A stretch of 64,000 nucleotides of DNA from the human T2T-CHM13v2.0 reference genome, Homo sapiens, in the NCBI RefSeq assembly GCF_009914755.1, contig NC_060938.1; one strand, written 5' to 3'. The notes beneath the pieces are model-generated. The model was not told the origin of the DNA, did no database searches, and saw only the letters and a list, made by a program, of their open reading frames with translations. The translations under genes were made by a program, and so were the position numbers. Numbering within the stretch: position 1 is the first letter of the stretch; each line of letters starts with the position of its first letter. This document shows, piece after piece, positions 1 to 14,308 of this stretch.

Positions 1-931
1 TGTATGATATATGACTTTAAGCAATATTACGTGACATCACCTTTCTCACATTCTAGGTTGCTGTTTACATTTTTTGTTCAGTAATGAAACAAACTCACGA
101 GGAAGTAAACCAATCAACATTTTATGCATGGAGTTTTCTAAATCCTTCATGTGGCTTTGGTAGCATTTTGATTAGAAGCCCTTGAATTCTGTCCTGAGTG
201 CTTACCCATTATCTAGTGATTTACAGAGTTTACAGGAGGACACCGAAATCACAGGCTTGACCGCATTTACGGATGGCACAGATACCAGATCCAAAAAGTT
301 TTTAATGATCTGGAACCATGAAGTGAAATAAACAAGGAGCCCAGATTTCTTGAAGACCTCCTCTATGCCAGGCATTTTATGTCTCTCAATTCTTTGAGAG
401 AACCTATGGCATGAAGTTATTAATTTTTTTCTAGATGGCAAAACTGAAAATAAAGTATATTCAATTAATTTCTCAAGGTCATGGGATTGAAAATACTGTG
501 ACTGAAAAAAATATTTTAAGTCTTCCTGATCCTAGAGTCTATCTTCTTACATTAAAATAAACATATTAAATAAATAAGCACAATCAGTTTAGGAAAGATT
601 TGTTTTGATAGAAATCCATGCAAAGCAGGTCAGGGAATTTCAGTTGACCACAGATTCAATGGGGAACATCAGCTAATGAGAGAAATGTACAGTGCAAATT
701 ATTTCATTGTACTTAGTGCTAGTCAGGCTTAATAAAGGGTATGATACTTTGGCACCTCATTGCTTTCACAAACAAGAAGGCATTCTGAGTAAGAAAACAT
801 GAAGACAAAGATCCTAAACCTTTATCTTGTGGATGACAGCTAAGAATGCTCAGGTAAGAAATGACTGTAGTGACGGCAGGGGATGGATGAGGGCTATAAC
901 ATCTGTTGCAATACATACACTGAATGGTGAC

Positions 932-1337
<406 letters not shown>

Positions 1338-1473
1338 TAAAAGGAAGCTCTTTAGAACACTTTGAACCTGAAAGAGTTAATGAAGCATGAGACATTAGGG
1401 TTCCCATATTTAGTTTAGATCTATGTGGCACTATTTTTAGAAGGTTACATTGTTTTTAATATTTTATATAGTA

Positions 1474-1765
1474 GGCCGGGCGTGGTGGCTCACGCCTGTA
1501 ATCCCAGCACTTTGGGAGGCCGAGGCAGGCAGATCACAAGGCCAAGAGATCGAGACCATCCTGGCCAATGTGGTGAAACCCCATCTCTACTAAAAAATAC
1601 AAAACGTAGCCGGGCGTGGCGGTGTGCGCCTGTAATCCCAGCTACTTGGGAGGCTGAGGCAGGAGAATCACTTGAACCAGGAGGCAGAGGTTGCAGTGAG
1701 CCTAGATTGCGCCACTGCACTACAGCCTGGGCAACAGAGTGAGACTTCATCTCAAAAAAAAAAAA
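1474..1765 (+). mobile_element. AluSc-like SINE
   Basis: ggccgggcgtggtggctcacgcc start, caagagatcgagaccatcctggcc, poly-A tail; TSD ttatatagta at 1464-1473 and 1766-1775. Confidence 0.95.
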
Positions 1766-2715
1766 TTATATAGTATAATTCTAATAATGGGATGCTCCAC
1801 TTCACTTGCAAGTACTTGCATATGGAGGTGTTTTTTTCCCCAGTATGAGGAGAGATCAACAGTAAATACCTATATTATTTCTATTGCTGGTCAATGCAGA
1901 AAATATTTGTTAAGCACGAAGAGTGTGGATGTGTTTGATGACTACAGAACTAAGGATTTCTCAAAGAAACAAAGAGAGAAGTCTAAGTTCAGGTGTGGAA
2001 GCCCTTGCCTAATTTGCTTCTTCACTTTTGCCCAGAAATAATTTGGCCAGGGATTGTGTTACTATTGTTGAATTAAACCAGACAGAATCAGGCCTATAAG
2101 AAGAGCCGTTTAGTAAAGGAAATGATTCTGTGAAAATTTTAGATTTGATAACTGACATGGGAGGTGTTTACCTTCTTTTGAAAAGCAGATTTAAAAAATT
2201 GAATTAAATATACACACAGACTTTTACACTCATTTTCAGGGAAGCAAGAACTCTATCATAATAATCACCAAATATCAATTAATCAGAAGGAAAAATAGGC
2301 TTGCAGGAAGAGAAAATCAGTTCCTTTAGACAAATGGTATTGACATAGAGATTCCAGGTATGTTTAGTTATATACCATGCATTCTGGATCAAATAGAGAG
2401 GCTTGTGACTTGTATCAGTATTACCTGGCTTCACAGCAGCAGGAGCAGAGAAAATATGCACTATGTTTAGAGATGAATTAGGAGAGTATGTCTGAAAGAA
2501 CCAGGGATGCGTGGGCAGGTAGATTTGGTCAGGCATATTTATAATAATGAGCCATTGGATTTGGGATTGGGTGGAGGGAATAAAGTCAGAAAACCATTGG
2601 GTCATCTTCCCTAATAAAAGAGAACGTCTGTGGAGTTATAAATAGAATTGCCTAATATTTCATCTAATAGCTTTATTCAATCATTAGAACCTAAGCTTTC
2701 TTGTATCAATGTAAA

Positions 2716-2790
2716 GTATGTGTGTGTATATATGTATATATATTCATATGTGTGTGTATTATATGCATATGTGCATATACATGTGTGTAA
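2716..2790. repeat. (TG/TA)n degenerate low-complexity repeat
   Basis: alternating gtatgtgtgtgtatatatg... tract. Confidence 0.75.
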
Positions 2791-4184
2791 TGAAAAAAGA
2801 AAACAGCCCTGAAGAATCCTCAAGAAACTGTCAGACGTCCTTGTCCTTTAAAAGCTCCAGTTGCCCTTCTTGTCTAAACACATCAGTGCAGTGTGAATCC
2901 TGCATTATTCATGAACACATAAGGTCTGTATTTGTATACATTTATCTCTTGGCTATTTATTTCTATAATCTCTGCCCCAAACCCTCGCCATGCTTTGTCT
3001 TTCTCTTTTCCTACTTTTCTTTTTTTTCTGGTAGTTTGAAAAATAAACATTAGAAATAGCTATTTTATTGCTTACTTCTTTCCTTTAACATATGGCATTT
3101 GCTTAACCTCTTGGAGAGTTGTGGTTTTCTGACCCTGGAGTTCTGATGGGAAAGATAATGAGAAGTGTTTACTTAGCATCTAGGCCAGCAAGCTAAGAAA
3201 AACATTGTGCCATGCTAGTATTGACAAGGTGACAGAGAGCCCACACTTGCCTCACATGTTGGCCACTCCCGATGCTACATCCCACTTTACTCTTGCTGGA
3301 GGACTGACATTAATGCTTACTGTTTTGAGGTCTGGACATAATCCTGGTAGATTCTAAAACTCCTAGCAAACAGTGGTAGACAAGTCAAGGGTCTATAATT
3401 GCGTATAAACAGAAAAGTAAAGACTTACATATTTAAGCAACCTGCTAATCCCCATGGTCATTTAGTTCCCTAGTGGCTATTTTTAATTTGTCTTGTTTTT
3501 AGAGGCACTCTGAAAGCATGAGGCAGGTGAAAGCGTGTCTGTGTGTTGCTTGCATGCACATGCTTTTTCAAGAAGGTCTTCTTCTTTTCTTGTCAAGACT
3601 GCAGCTGTCAACTGTTCCCCAAAGGTGTTGCCTAGAATCAGCATGCAGCGCTGTAGGCAACCTGTCACTTAGATGAGACACCTTGTATATATGCTGTAGT
3701 TCACTCTCTGACTTGCCTGTGTGCACAATGCCATCTTGTCTGTTAGAAGACAGGGCCATCGTGAGATGCAGTTTCTCTTTGAGATATATAGTAGCTCTTC
3801 TTTCTTCAAAAGGAAAAAATAAAAAATAAAAAAAAGCTACTCTTGCTGGAAAGGTAGAGAGAAGGGTCTGCGGGTGCCCTCTACCATTGTGGTTTCAATG
3901 TCTAAATCTTCTGGAGAGGATTGCTGCAGTGATGAGATAAAAGCAGCTGCCTTTCCAAGTACTGTCTATTTGCATTGATATTTACATTCTTTGCCAAAGT
4001 GACATCATTAACATTTGCTTAGTATTTGTGCCACAGGGATATGTTTTACATAATTTAAGACTTGGAAGTGATGATAATGTATTTCAGATGGGCAGTAGAG
4101 GCCACAGAGTGCTGAATTTCATCCCCTTTCTTCTTAAGGACCTTAGTGCATAAATAAGTCCCTAGTCCGTATCCCTAAATCATA

Positions 4185-4390
4185 TTAACAATACTGCTTA
4201 CTGGGTGCCAACAATATGTCTGGTACTGGACTAGATATATGTGTATATATTGTTTAGCCCCCATGACAACAGTATGAGGGTAGGTACCATTATCTCCATT
4301 ATATAGTAAAGAAGCAAGGCTAGAAAAATTGGTGACTTGCACAGGTCTGAATTCAGAGACATCTCACCGCAAGGACTTTTCTCCTTATGC
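4185..4390 (-). mobile_element. MIR SINE (degraded)
   Basis: antisense MIR core (tatgagggtaggtaccattatctccattatatag...ggtgacttgcacagg). Confidence 0.7.
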
Positions 4391-5880
4391 TGTGTCATTC
4401 TATCTCCCATCTTGTAGCCTACTTGTTTCTTCAGATTTAAGAAACAGAAACCCTATATTTTCTCAGGACATGACACTTGAAATAACAAGAAAGAATATTG
4501 TGGGACTCTGACCTTGGTCCGTTTCTGTCTCTTTCATTCTCATCTTTACTCTAGGTGCCCAGAAACTCTTCTTTGAAATAAATATAAAAGATCTGTGTTT
4601 GCTTTGAGAGAAAGCCACATAACATTGTCACAAGCCAGATTATTGAACTCTGCCAGATGGCCCTTATTTACCAAATATATGTTTTAGTTTTATATACGAA
4701 CAGAGGTTTTAAAAAGATAAAGACGAACAAAATTGTGTTTAATGTCCTGTATGATACCTTTTGCCTTATTTACAAACTGGTCCTCTCTCTGACTGTACCT
4801 GCTCCTGATGCCCCATCCTCAATGTCCTCCATCAGCATAAAAAATGTGAAACCTCTTTTTCAAAAACAAATTTAAAAAAAAGTGCTCAGTCTCTCATCTT
4901 GAGATGGAGAATTAGAAGCAAATTTGCCCTTGCTTTTCTTCTTAATCTTCCTTCTTCCCACCTTCTTTCCCTCGCTCCCTTCTTTCTTCTTTCTTTCACA
5001 CCATGTGCCCCAGAATGACAGCTCAGGGAAAGTAGGCATTATAAGCTGAGTAGCCTTTTCCTTGATGTCCCTTGAAGGGCTCCTTATGTTCAGAGAATAT
5101 ATCACTGCATTTGCAGCTCCCCCAGAAATGCCGTAGCTTGGAGGAGCCTATTACTCACTTGAATCTCTTTGGTGTAGACCTATAAATAGATTCTCGTCTT
5201 TTCCTTGTAACCCCCTATAGATTCTTGATTCAAGGGTCAAAAATGGAGAGATGAGAGTTCAATCTTCTTGGAACTTACTGACACCCTAGCTCCCTTTTAA
5301 GAACTTGTCCTCCTTACTAACACCATCTACATGGCCATCTGGGTCTTCTCAGCTCAGAAACACCCTGCAACAATGGCTGGCGGAAATAAGGGGAGGGCCC
5401 ATTTGAATTAGCACATTCCCCCACAAGCACACACATCCATACTGCCAGGCCTCTGTTTGTCCAGTTTCCTCCTCTTGTGCTGTTCTTCCCACCCTTCTCC
5501 TCAGTGCAGTTCAGATATCATCTGTGTCCCATGAAGTCTACTCTCTCCCAGGGGAAACCCTTTGAATTTCCATTGCATATTATTCTGTGCTTCTTTTTAT
5601 GATTAATCCCATTTACCTTGTATTATATAAATATATTTTGGTCCTTATTAGATTATATATACTTGGAGGAGGACAGTATCTTTCTTTGGTCCATTGGTGT
5701 GGCTACCACAGGCTCACAGCATGGCATTTGGTTGCCTAAAATGATATGTCTTATCCGTTCTTTGATGTACAGATAAGAAAAGCCTTTATTTAGTTTGGCT
5801 TTCATTTTGTTCAAGAACAGTGGCACAGTTTGGTTTTTCTTGATATCTTTCCCTTATTCATGGTTGCTTTTCTCAAACAG

Positions 5881-6050
5881 CACATGTGGGGCTTAATACC
5901 TAGATGATGGGTTGATAGGTGCAGCAAACCAGGTGGTACAGGGTCCTGTGTGACTCTACCATGGTGCACATTTACCTGTGTAACAAACCTGCACATCCTG
6001 CACATGTATCCTGAAACTTAAAATTTAACAGAAAAGGAAAAAGAAAAAGA
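5881..6050 (+). mobile_element. Old L1PA 3'UTR fragment carrying a foreign ~27-30 bp insert
   Basis: gggcttaatacctagatgatgggttgataggtgcagcaaacc...tgtaacaaacctgcacatcctgcacatgtatcctgaaacttaaa plus A-rich tail. Confidence 0.9.
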
Positions 6051-6293
6051 AATTATTATAAATGTAAAGTAATTAAAAGTATATTATTTAGGAGGGACAG
6101 TAGATATCACAAAGGTAAGCATGTTTCATTCTCAAATGAAATACACAAATTTATAAAAGTGAATTCAGCACCAGTGGTGAATATAAAAGGCTGTTAAGGA
6201 GGAGGAGCTAAAGTTTTGATTGGAACTTGAAGAAAAGGTATGTTGTTATAGGCAGAAAACTTGCCATGCAGGTGATCATGTTAGAATCAGTGT

Positions 6294-7551
6294 CAGACAT
6301 TAACAAAACATTTTCAGTCAAGGGCAGAGAGTAAATATTTTAGGCTTTTTGGAGGCTGATTACATAATTTGCACAATGAAATAGTGGGTCCCTTTTTCAA
6401 AAAGCAATAACGAAGTGCCATGAGAAGTACTTAAAACATAAAGCTCTTTTTCCTTTTTCCATGGTTTCTCTCTCTAAACTTGTCATGTTGTTTTATATTT
6501 GCTCTTCAGTGTCATTCTAAGGAAAGAAAATGTTAAATTATTAGCATGAATTTTGCCATTCATCTTTATATTATGCCATGCCAGTCTTAAATAAGTTCTG
6601 AATAAGAACTTCTAATTCATTTGCAGAATTACTGACATAGGAAACATTTCTTATTTCATAGCTCATGCAGTGCATATATGTTTTGTTCTTACCAGAAAAC
6701 TGGACACACTGCACAGATTAACTCACCTGTTTTTATTTATTTCACTTCTTGATATACACATATTCAACAAACACTCTCTTCCTTTGGCTTCCTAATGAGT
6801 AAGAAAAGACTGAAAAGAAAAGAAACTGAGTTGCTTTTTCTTTTCTTTTCCTTCTTTGACATAATTTTCAGCTGAGGTGGTTGGTCAATTCATGGAAGTA
6901 ACATGAGTAAGAAAGGCTATAATTAGGTTCCTTAGTCATTTATGTTTCTTAGAATGCCATCGTTTTCTTTCTGTGTTCAAAGCAAGTTTTGGTTCCAATG
7001 GAAAACATGTTCTTTAAGGACTGTCAGCATCCCAGCTTACTCAGAGTAGATGTGAGAGACTTTGCAATCGCTTTGAGTCTCATTGAGTGTGCATCCTAAG
7101 TCTACCAGAATCTTCTACTCCCGGGGTATTGTGAGAGCTATAGGGGGTGAAGTGGCAAGAAACAATGGGCATGTGTATAGTATATCCATATGTTTATGCA
7201 TCTCTCTTTTGCTACTGCACATGCCTAATTGTTTCATTAGACTTCATTCAAAAACACAAATTCAAAGATAAAATTATTAAGTGTTTCAAGACGGAGAGAC
7301 AGGAGAATATTAAACCAAGAGCAGGTGGTACAGGGTCCTGTGTGACTCTACTGGCTGCATACCCATGAAGCTTCACCTGGGTTTTGCAAGCCATATGGTC
7401 TCTGTCTCAAGTATTTAGCTGTTGTACCATGAAGTGCGGCTATAAATGATATGTAAACAAATGGACGTGACTGTGTTCCAGTAAAACTTTATTTACAAAA
7501 AACAGGTAGCAGCCAGAATCTGGTCTGTGGGCCATTGTTTGTTGATCCCTA
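6294..7551 (+). mobile_element. MER58A (hAT-Charlie) split by a nested MER45 insertion; pieces ~6294-6350 and 7380-7551
   Basis: aagggcagagagtaaatattttaggcttt | gccatatggtctctgtc...ctgtgttccagtaaaactttatttacaaaaaacagg continue the MER58A consensus. Confidence 0.8.
6351..7379 (-). mobile_element. MER45 family (hAT-Tip100) DNA transposon, ~1 kb (MER45B/C-like)
   Basis: right end aaattattaagtgtttcaagacgg...attaaaccaag...gtcctgtgtgact...cccatgaagcttcacctg matches the antisense MER45 terminus; degenerate 8-bp TSD ggcttttt/ggttttgc. Confidence 0.75.
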
Positions 7552-7559
7552 GTTAGGCA

Positions 7560-8620
<1,061 letters not shown>

Positions 8621-9735
8621 GAGGCTCTAATACCCTAATCACTTACATACCCTAGTGTAGTCCTCTATGCTTTTCAAATTAAGTAGATATTTCACTTTCC
8701 TGTTTAACCTTGCCTGGAAAGATTGAGAGGTCCATGTCTAGTCACAATGTTAGAATGAAATAAATGTGTGAAATAAATCATGTTTATAGTGTGGATCCCC
8801 TTCATCTTCATCTTTGAGTCAAATGCCAAAGCCATTTGTTGGCTCAGTAACGTTTCACTTAGAAAATGAAACTTTTATTTTGGCTAAACGAGTATGGTGT
8901 CCTGGTCCTTTCCCAAAAACATACCTTCAATTTTACCCTAGCTGGCTGATTGACTGTTTCCTTTACAGATGCAGTCTAGGGATGCTAAGGGCAACATCCT
9001 TTGTGATAATGAAAGCCTTATAATGTATTTTTTCCAGTAACTTAGGATGCTGTATATTAAGCTGTATATTGGTAAATATTTTGTCTATGTGGAGAAATGT
9101 AAATGAGATTTTTTTTTCTTTTCATCATTCTTCTCTACAAATGTGCATTGAAAAGACACTGAACTTTGGTCCCATGCTTATGCACAAGGTATAAAAGTTG
9201 CTTATATTCCTAACCTCTCCACAGAGTTGTCTAGATTCACAGGACTATTTGGTCAAATGTTCTGCAATTCAGTTCCACTGCTTGACTGTAATTCACCTAT
9301 AAACCCAGAAAAATACTGCTGGAGTTCAGAGGCCCTGACTGCTATTAGACAGAGAAAACCTATAGCACACTGGAACAATCACATTTAAAAGATTTGCCTC
9401 AAGCTTTCTATGGTCACTATTACTCTTTAATTTATGCTTTTAGGTTTCAACTTTGAAATGATATTGAAATTTTCATTATGGGCAACCCTGAATCTGGAAA
9501 AATCCAAGGCAGCTTTTAGGACAGTCACCTTTAATTACCCACCACCGTTAAGATTAGGAAGTAAATGCTGAAATTCCCATGTAAGTGTATTTTGCAAGAA
9601 ATTTTCACACTATGAAATAATTGGTCTTTATCTCTCATCCTGTCTGATTCTCTATCAAGACATATCAAACATGCACCCCTCTGCTCAAAGTGTAAAAAAA
9701 AAGTTTGCTTTTTAAAGTTTTAATTAAGGCTTTTG

Positions 9736-9736
<1 letters not shown>

Positions 9737-9768
<32 letters not shown>
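9737..9768. repeat. (TG)16 microsatellite
   Basis: perfect TG run. Confidence 0.97.
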
Positions 9769-9772
<4 letters not shown>

Positions 9773-10057
9773 TACTACACACTTTAGTTGTTTAGGTGTC
9801 ATTGTTGAGACATTTAGACTGTATTTCATTCAGGCAGATACTTTTACTTTATTACATTCCCAAATGAGGAAATGTGCTGATTAGATGGAAAAGCATGTGT
9901 GTATCTTATAGTGTTAGCAATTTGGCACGGTTTTTGTTTTGTTAGCTCTCAGCATGGTTGCCTTCAACTATATTTACACCACATGGGTGGGCATGTGTTA
10001 AAGATACAAAAATCCTCAGACCTCTGAATTGCATTCCTGAAGGAGACCTTAATTCTA

Positions 10058-10128
10058 TTAGGTTGGTGCAAATTAAAATGCCGTTACTTGTAATGGCAAA
10101 AACCGCAATGATTTTCGCACCAACCTTA
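10058..10128. mobile_element. MADE1 (Hsmar1-derived MITE) with a shortened left arm
   Basis: ttaggttggtgcaaa...taatggcaaaaaccgcaatgattttcgcaccaacctta with TA dinucleotide on both sides. Confidence 0.9.
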
Positions 10129-10139
10129 TACTGCTTATT

Positions 10140-10745
10140 GCTTTTGCCTCTTCTGTAATGAAAGGCTTCTAACTGGTTTGCCTGCCTTTGATTTTAGCTT
10201 TTTGTGTAGCCTTGGTCATATCAAGTTTCTGCTGAAAAATTTGGCATGGCCTTTGATTTCCCAGTCTCATCTCCTACAACTCACCAGTATGCACCGGTAG
10301 TTCCAGTCCGCAATACGTCCTGCGCTGTCGAGCTTACGCACCTTTCTGTGTGCTGTTTCCTCTGCTAAGAATGTCTAGTGAACTTCTACTCACCGTTTAA
10401 GACCAGATTTAAATGGCATCTTCCTTACAAATAAGTTGATTGATCTATCATTTTATTGATTCTGTCATTCAGAAACATTCCTTCAATGCATGCTATGTTC
10501 TGGGAAACTTTCTCTAAACGGACTCAAACATTTCTTCTTCTGGGTTTTCCCAGCGCTGGATACTCTGAGTCATTACTAATCCACACTGGGTTCTTGTTTT
10601 CTAGGCTGCATCCCTCAATAGACTGTGAGGTCTTTGTGAGAATACAATTGCTTTTGTGTTTAGTTCCATATTCACAGCGTTCATTCTAGTGTCTGGAACA
10701 TAGGGTTCCACTACATGCACTACACATTTGTTGACTAGAAAAATG
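10140..10745 (+). mobile_element. L2 LINE 3' fossil
   Basis: gaacttctactcaccgtttaagacc, gactgtgaggtcttt, tagtgtctggaacatag...catttgttgac resemble the L2 3' end. Confidence 0.6.
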
Positions 10746-11949
10746 ATTCGTTTTATCAAGGGACTGTCTTAGGAAATACTAAGTGGGGTGCCTTTCTGAT
10801 ACATTGTAATGACCACCCTTTTCTCTGTTCTCTAACGTTGTATCCCAAAGTAGATAAACTAGAGTTTTATCCTTACCAACCATCTTTCTCTCATCTCCAT
10901 CCTACTTTCCCAGCACTCCCCTGCACCCCCCTGCTGTGTGCAAAGCTCCAATCCCGGGAAAATACCATGCAGCGCTTTCATTCTAAAGGGGAGCAATTGA
11001 AAGCATTTCTTTGGTAATTTAAGCACACAGCAGCTACCTTTGCAAAAGCCTGGTTGCTAAATTATCCCCTCAACTACTCATTTTGCAAAAGGGAAAAGAA
11101 AAAAAAAACACACTGGGGGGATAGAGACTCTAATAAGAAAAGAGTCTGTGTTTTCTTTAGGTTCAGCCTGATTCCTCTCCACCTCCTCTCCCTTCAGTGA
11201 CTGCAAGGCTCCTGGTGTGGCTCGTTCTGCTACTTTTCCTTTTAATGTTTTAAATGCCACAAATGCTTGTCATAAACCACCTTCTTAATTATGCAGAAGT
11301 GGAGCTGAATGGTTAGTTAGCAGTTCTATTGCAATTACTGCACTTTTTCAGGTCTGCTGCTGTTTTATGTGGCACTGTTTTCTAAGTTGCTGATTAAGAT
11401 GATGTAGTGGGTGGAGTTCTTCTTCCCACCATTGGAGAAGGGCCGCTGAAGCCTGGGATAATGAGTCCTTAGGCAATAGTTTATGGCCTAATAAGAGTTA
11501 AGGATGGGAGCAAGGAGGAGATGGAGAGTTATGCTCATTCATTTCCTTCTTAAAAAGAAAAAGCCCTCTGGTTTTGTTCAACTTTTGCTTCTCCTTTGTC
11601 CAGTGTAGATGCTGAAATTGCTAGAGAAATATCCATGATGGCTCTTAGCAGTCCTAATCTTATTTGGACCTGATATTCTGAGGCTTTTAGGCATCTTCAG
11701 ATATCCTTGTGCAGTGAAAGAGCCTTGCATTGGAGTTGAAATGATGACGAGAAAATTTAAGAACTGTTGAGAATTTGAATCAATCTCTTCATGTTGCCAT
11801 CTCTCTCTCTCTCTTTTTAAAGCCAAATATGAATACTGCTGTGTGCCGATCTTGAGCCCTGAGAAGCTGCACTTCCAGTGTAGTTCTAGGTCCCCACTGA
11901 AAATAAAATAATGTGAAATTGAAAGCAGCATGCTATTGTAAAGTAGTGC

Positions 11950-12640
11950 AATCATTCGTTCATTCACAGGTACTTACTGAATGCCTACTATGTCCTAGGC
12001 ACTGTGTGAGGCCCAGGGGATGGGGCTAAAAACAATATAAACTTCTTGCCTTTATGGAATGGCATTCTAGTCAGGTATACTGATATTAAACCAATCTGGA
12101 AATAAATATATACTCTTCAATGGTGCTATGAAAAAAATAAAGTAGAATGAGGTGCTATAAAAAAATAAAGTAGAATGAGGGAATGGAGAGTGTGCTAGGG
12201 CATGCTATTTTGGGTGGAGAAGGTTTCTTTGTGGCAGTGACATTGAAATAAGTGCCTGAATGAGGCAAAGCAACAAGATGTAAGGATATCCAAGAAGAGC
12301 ATTCCATGCTGAGGAAATAGCAGGTATAATCACCCTGAAACAGGAATGCACTTGGCTTATTGGAGAAACAGTGGGAGGCTGATGGCTAGAAGACAGTGAG
12401 CCCGCAGGGCAGGACAGGGGGTAAAGTGAGGTCAAAGAGATAACCAGGAGCATATTGTGTATGGCCTTGTAGGTGAACAAATGGGCTTTGAATTTAATAT
12501 AATTTAATTTATATTTTAAAATCATCTTGGCGGCTGGGTGCCAATTATACCATAAAGAGGCAAAGTAGAAGACTGGAGCCACCGAGGAGGCTGCTGCAGG
12601 AATCTAGGCAAAAGATATATTAGTGTGGTAGTGGCAAGCG
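11950..12640 (-). mobile_element. L2 LINE 3' fragment
   Basis: cattcgttcattcacaggtacttactgaatgcctactatgtcctaggcactgtg is the antisense L2 3' end. Confidence 0.8.
12122..12180. repeat. ~29-bp tandem duplication inside L2
   Basis: ggtgctat(g)aaaaaaataaagtagaatga occurs twice in tandem. Confidence 0.9.
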
Positions 12641-13895
12641 TGCTACATTATTATGATGTCCTCGGCCTTCTTAAGTGTTTGCTTCATAAATCAGTAGAGT
12701 TGTGAGCTGTGACTTGGACCTGATAATGAATCATTACTTATTTTAAAATTGATACATACAATAACATTCTTAATTTTTTATAAGCTCATATAAAATATTG
12801 AAGGAGGATTGGTCTTATTTTGCATCTGTTTATTAAACATTAGACTGGAGATAAGGTTGTGAGGCCCTAGAGCCAAATAAATATTCCCAGCCTTGCCTGG
12901 CAGACAATTATTGGGTGTGGAGGTTACCCAGCCTCCATGTTGCCTCAGTGACTCCCTTTCCTGTCCTTCACTAGGTAGGAGGCAAAAAGCTCAGCAGTGA
13001 CACACAGGCTCTGCTCTCCTAATTGCTGTAAAGAACTGTGCTGTTTCTTCTTCAAAATGTTGATTGCAGGCAGCTACAGGGATGTGCTCTTATGTTACAG
13101 TATAAAGATTTTTTATTGTAAAGAAAGGAGATTTGTTGGCATGGTGGGATGTGTGTATTTGTGTGTGTGTGTGCAAGTAGCTGTGCTTGCACTGGGAGAC
13201 TATTTTACTTTGCTTTTTTCCTCTCCCATTATAGGAAGTAATTTTTGGAGGAAAATAGTATGACAGTCCTGATACTATTTTATTTATTTTCTTCTTCAGA
13301 GTAGGTACAACAGAAAATCCTGAATTTATGCTTGTTGTATTTTTTCTCCCTATTATATTTCTGTGTGTTCACACCCCTCTATTAACAGAGAAAGTTTATG
13401 CTATATTCTGTACTCCTTTTACTCTTTTTATTAAGAGAAAGTGAGAAAGCTGTCCTAGAATTATACAAAATATACATATATTTTTCCACATCTGAAGGGT
13501 AAAGGAATTGTAATTCATGGGAATAGAGTGTTAAGGGCTTATACAATGATATATACTATATATATATCATTGTTTGTATGTATGTACATATATTGCACAT
13601 ATATACATATCACTTTTTGGCTCTACTTTTATTATTTTCAAGTTTCTTTTATATAACCCCAGCTGCTCTTCTGCATTTAGTTAAGTGCAGTCCTACCATG
13701 TCTAGAACCCCCTTCTATTCTGCCTACATTCACGACTTTCATCCCTCAACTCTGGTCCCATTTATCTGTCACTTAGCATTAACTACGTTATAATGCCATT
13801 TATCCCTTTTGTGCATGCATTATTTCTACTCAAGTGGGCCATTTGCTTTTTTAGGGCAAATATCATAATATGCACCTACTTATATGCTCCACATC

Positions 13896-14308
13896 TGCAT
13901 CAATTCAGACAGTTTGGTTGCAAGCAACAGATACTATAGGCTTAGACTACCTCAAGTTGGTCAGGAATGTATTAAAAGTCTTTGGGGTAGCTTACAGAAT
14001 CAAAGCAAAGACTAAAGGAAGAGGTTTCCAAAAACAATCAGAGAATCTTGGGAGGTCTAAGTAACAGGGACTAATTAATAGCTATTTTAGGCTGCAGCTG
14101 CTAGAATGCATAAACTCCAATTATTTCCCCCCATTCTTACAACAGCCTGCTGAAGCCTCCAAGGTATTGGGTCATGTGCTTACCCCTAAGAGAAGCAGAA
14201 AAAAAAATCACCTTTTGACAATCCTACACCTCTGTGAACAATGGGAAGGAGATGTAATTTCCCAAAAGAAAACCGGGCACTGAGTGGCCCAAAACAATTG
14301 TCCTCTAT
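13896..14308. mobile_element. Old MLT1-type (ERVL-MaLR) LTR
   Basis: cagtttggttgcaagcaacaga start and cccaaaacaattgtcctctata end resemble MLT1I-L termini. Confidence 0.55.

Noticed and set aside
8969-9071. Strong acceptor ctgtttcctttacag followed by ATG
   Set aside because: Frame closes after 23 codons and the nearby donors are weak
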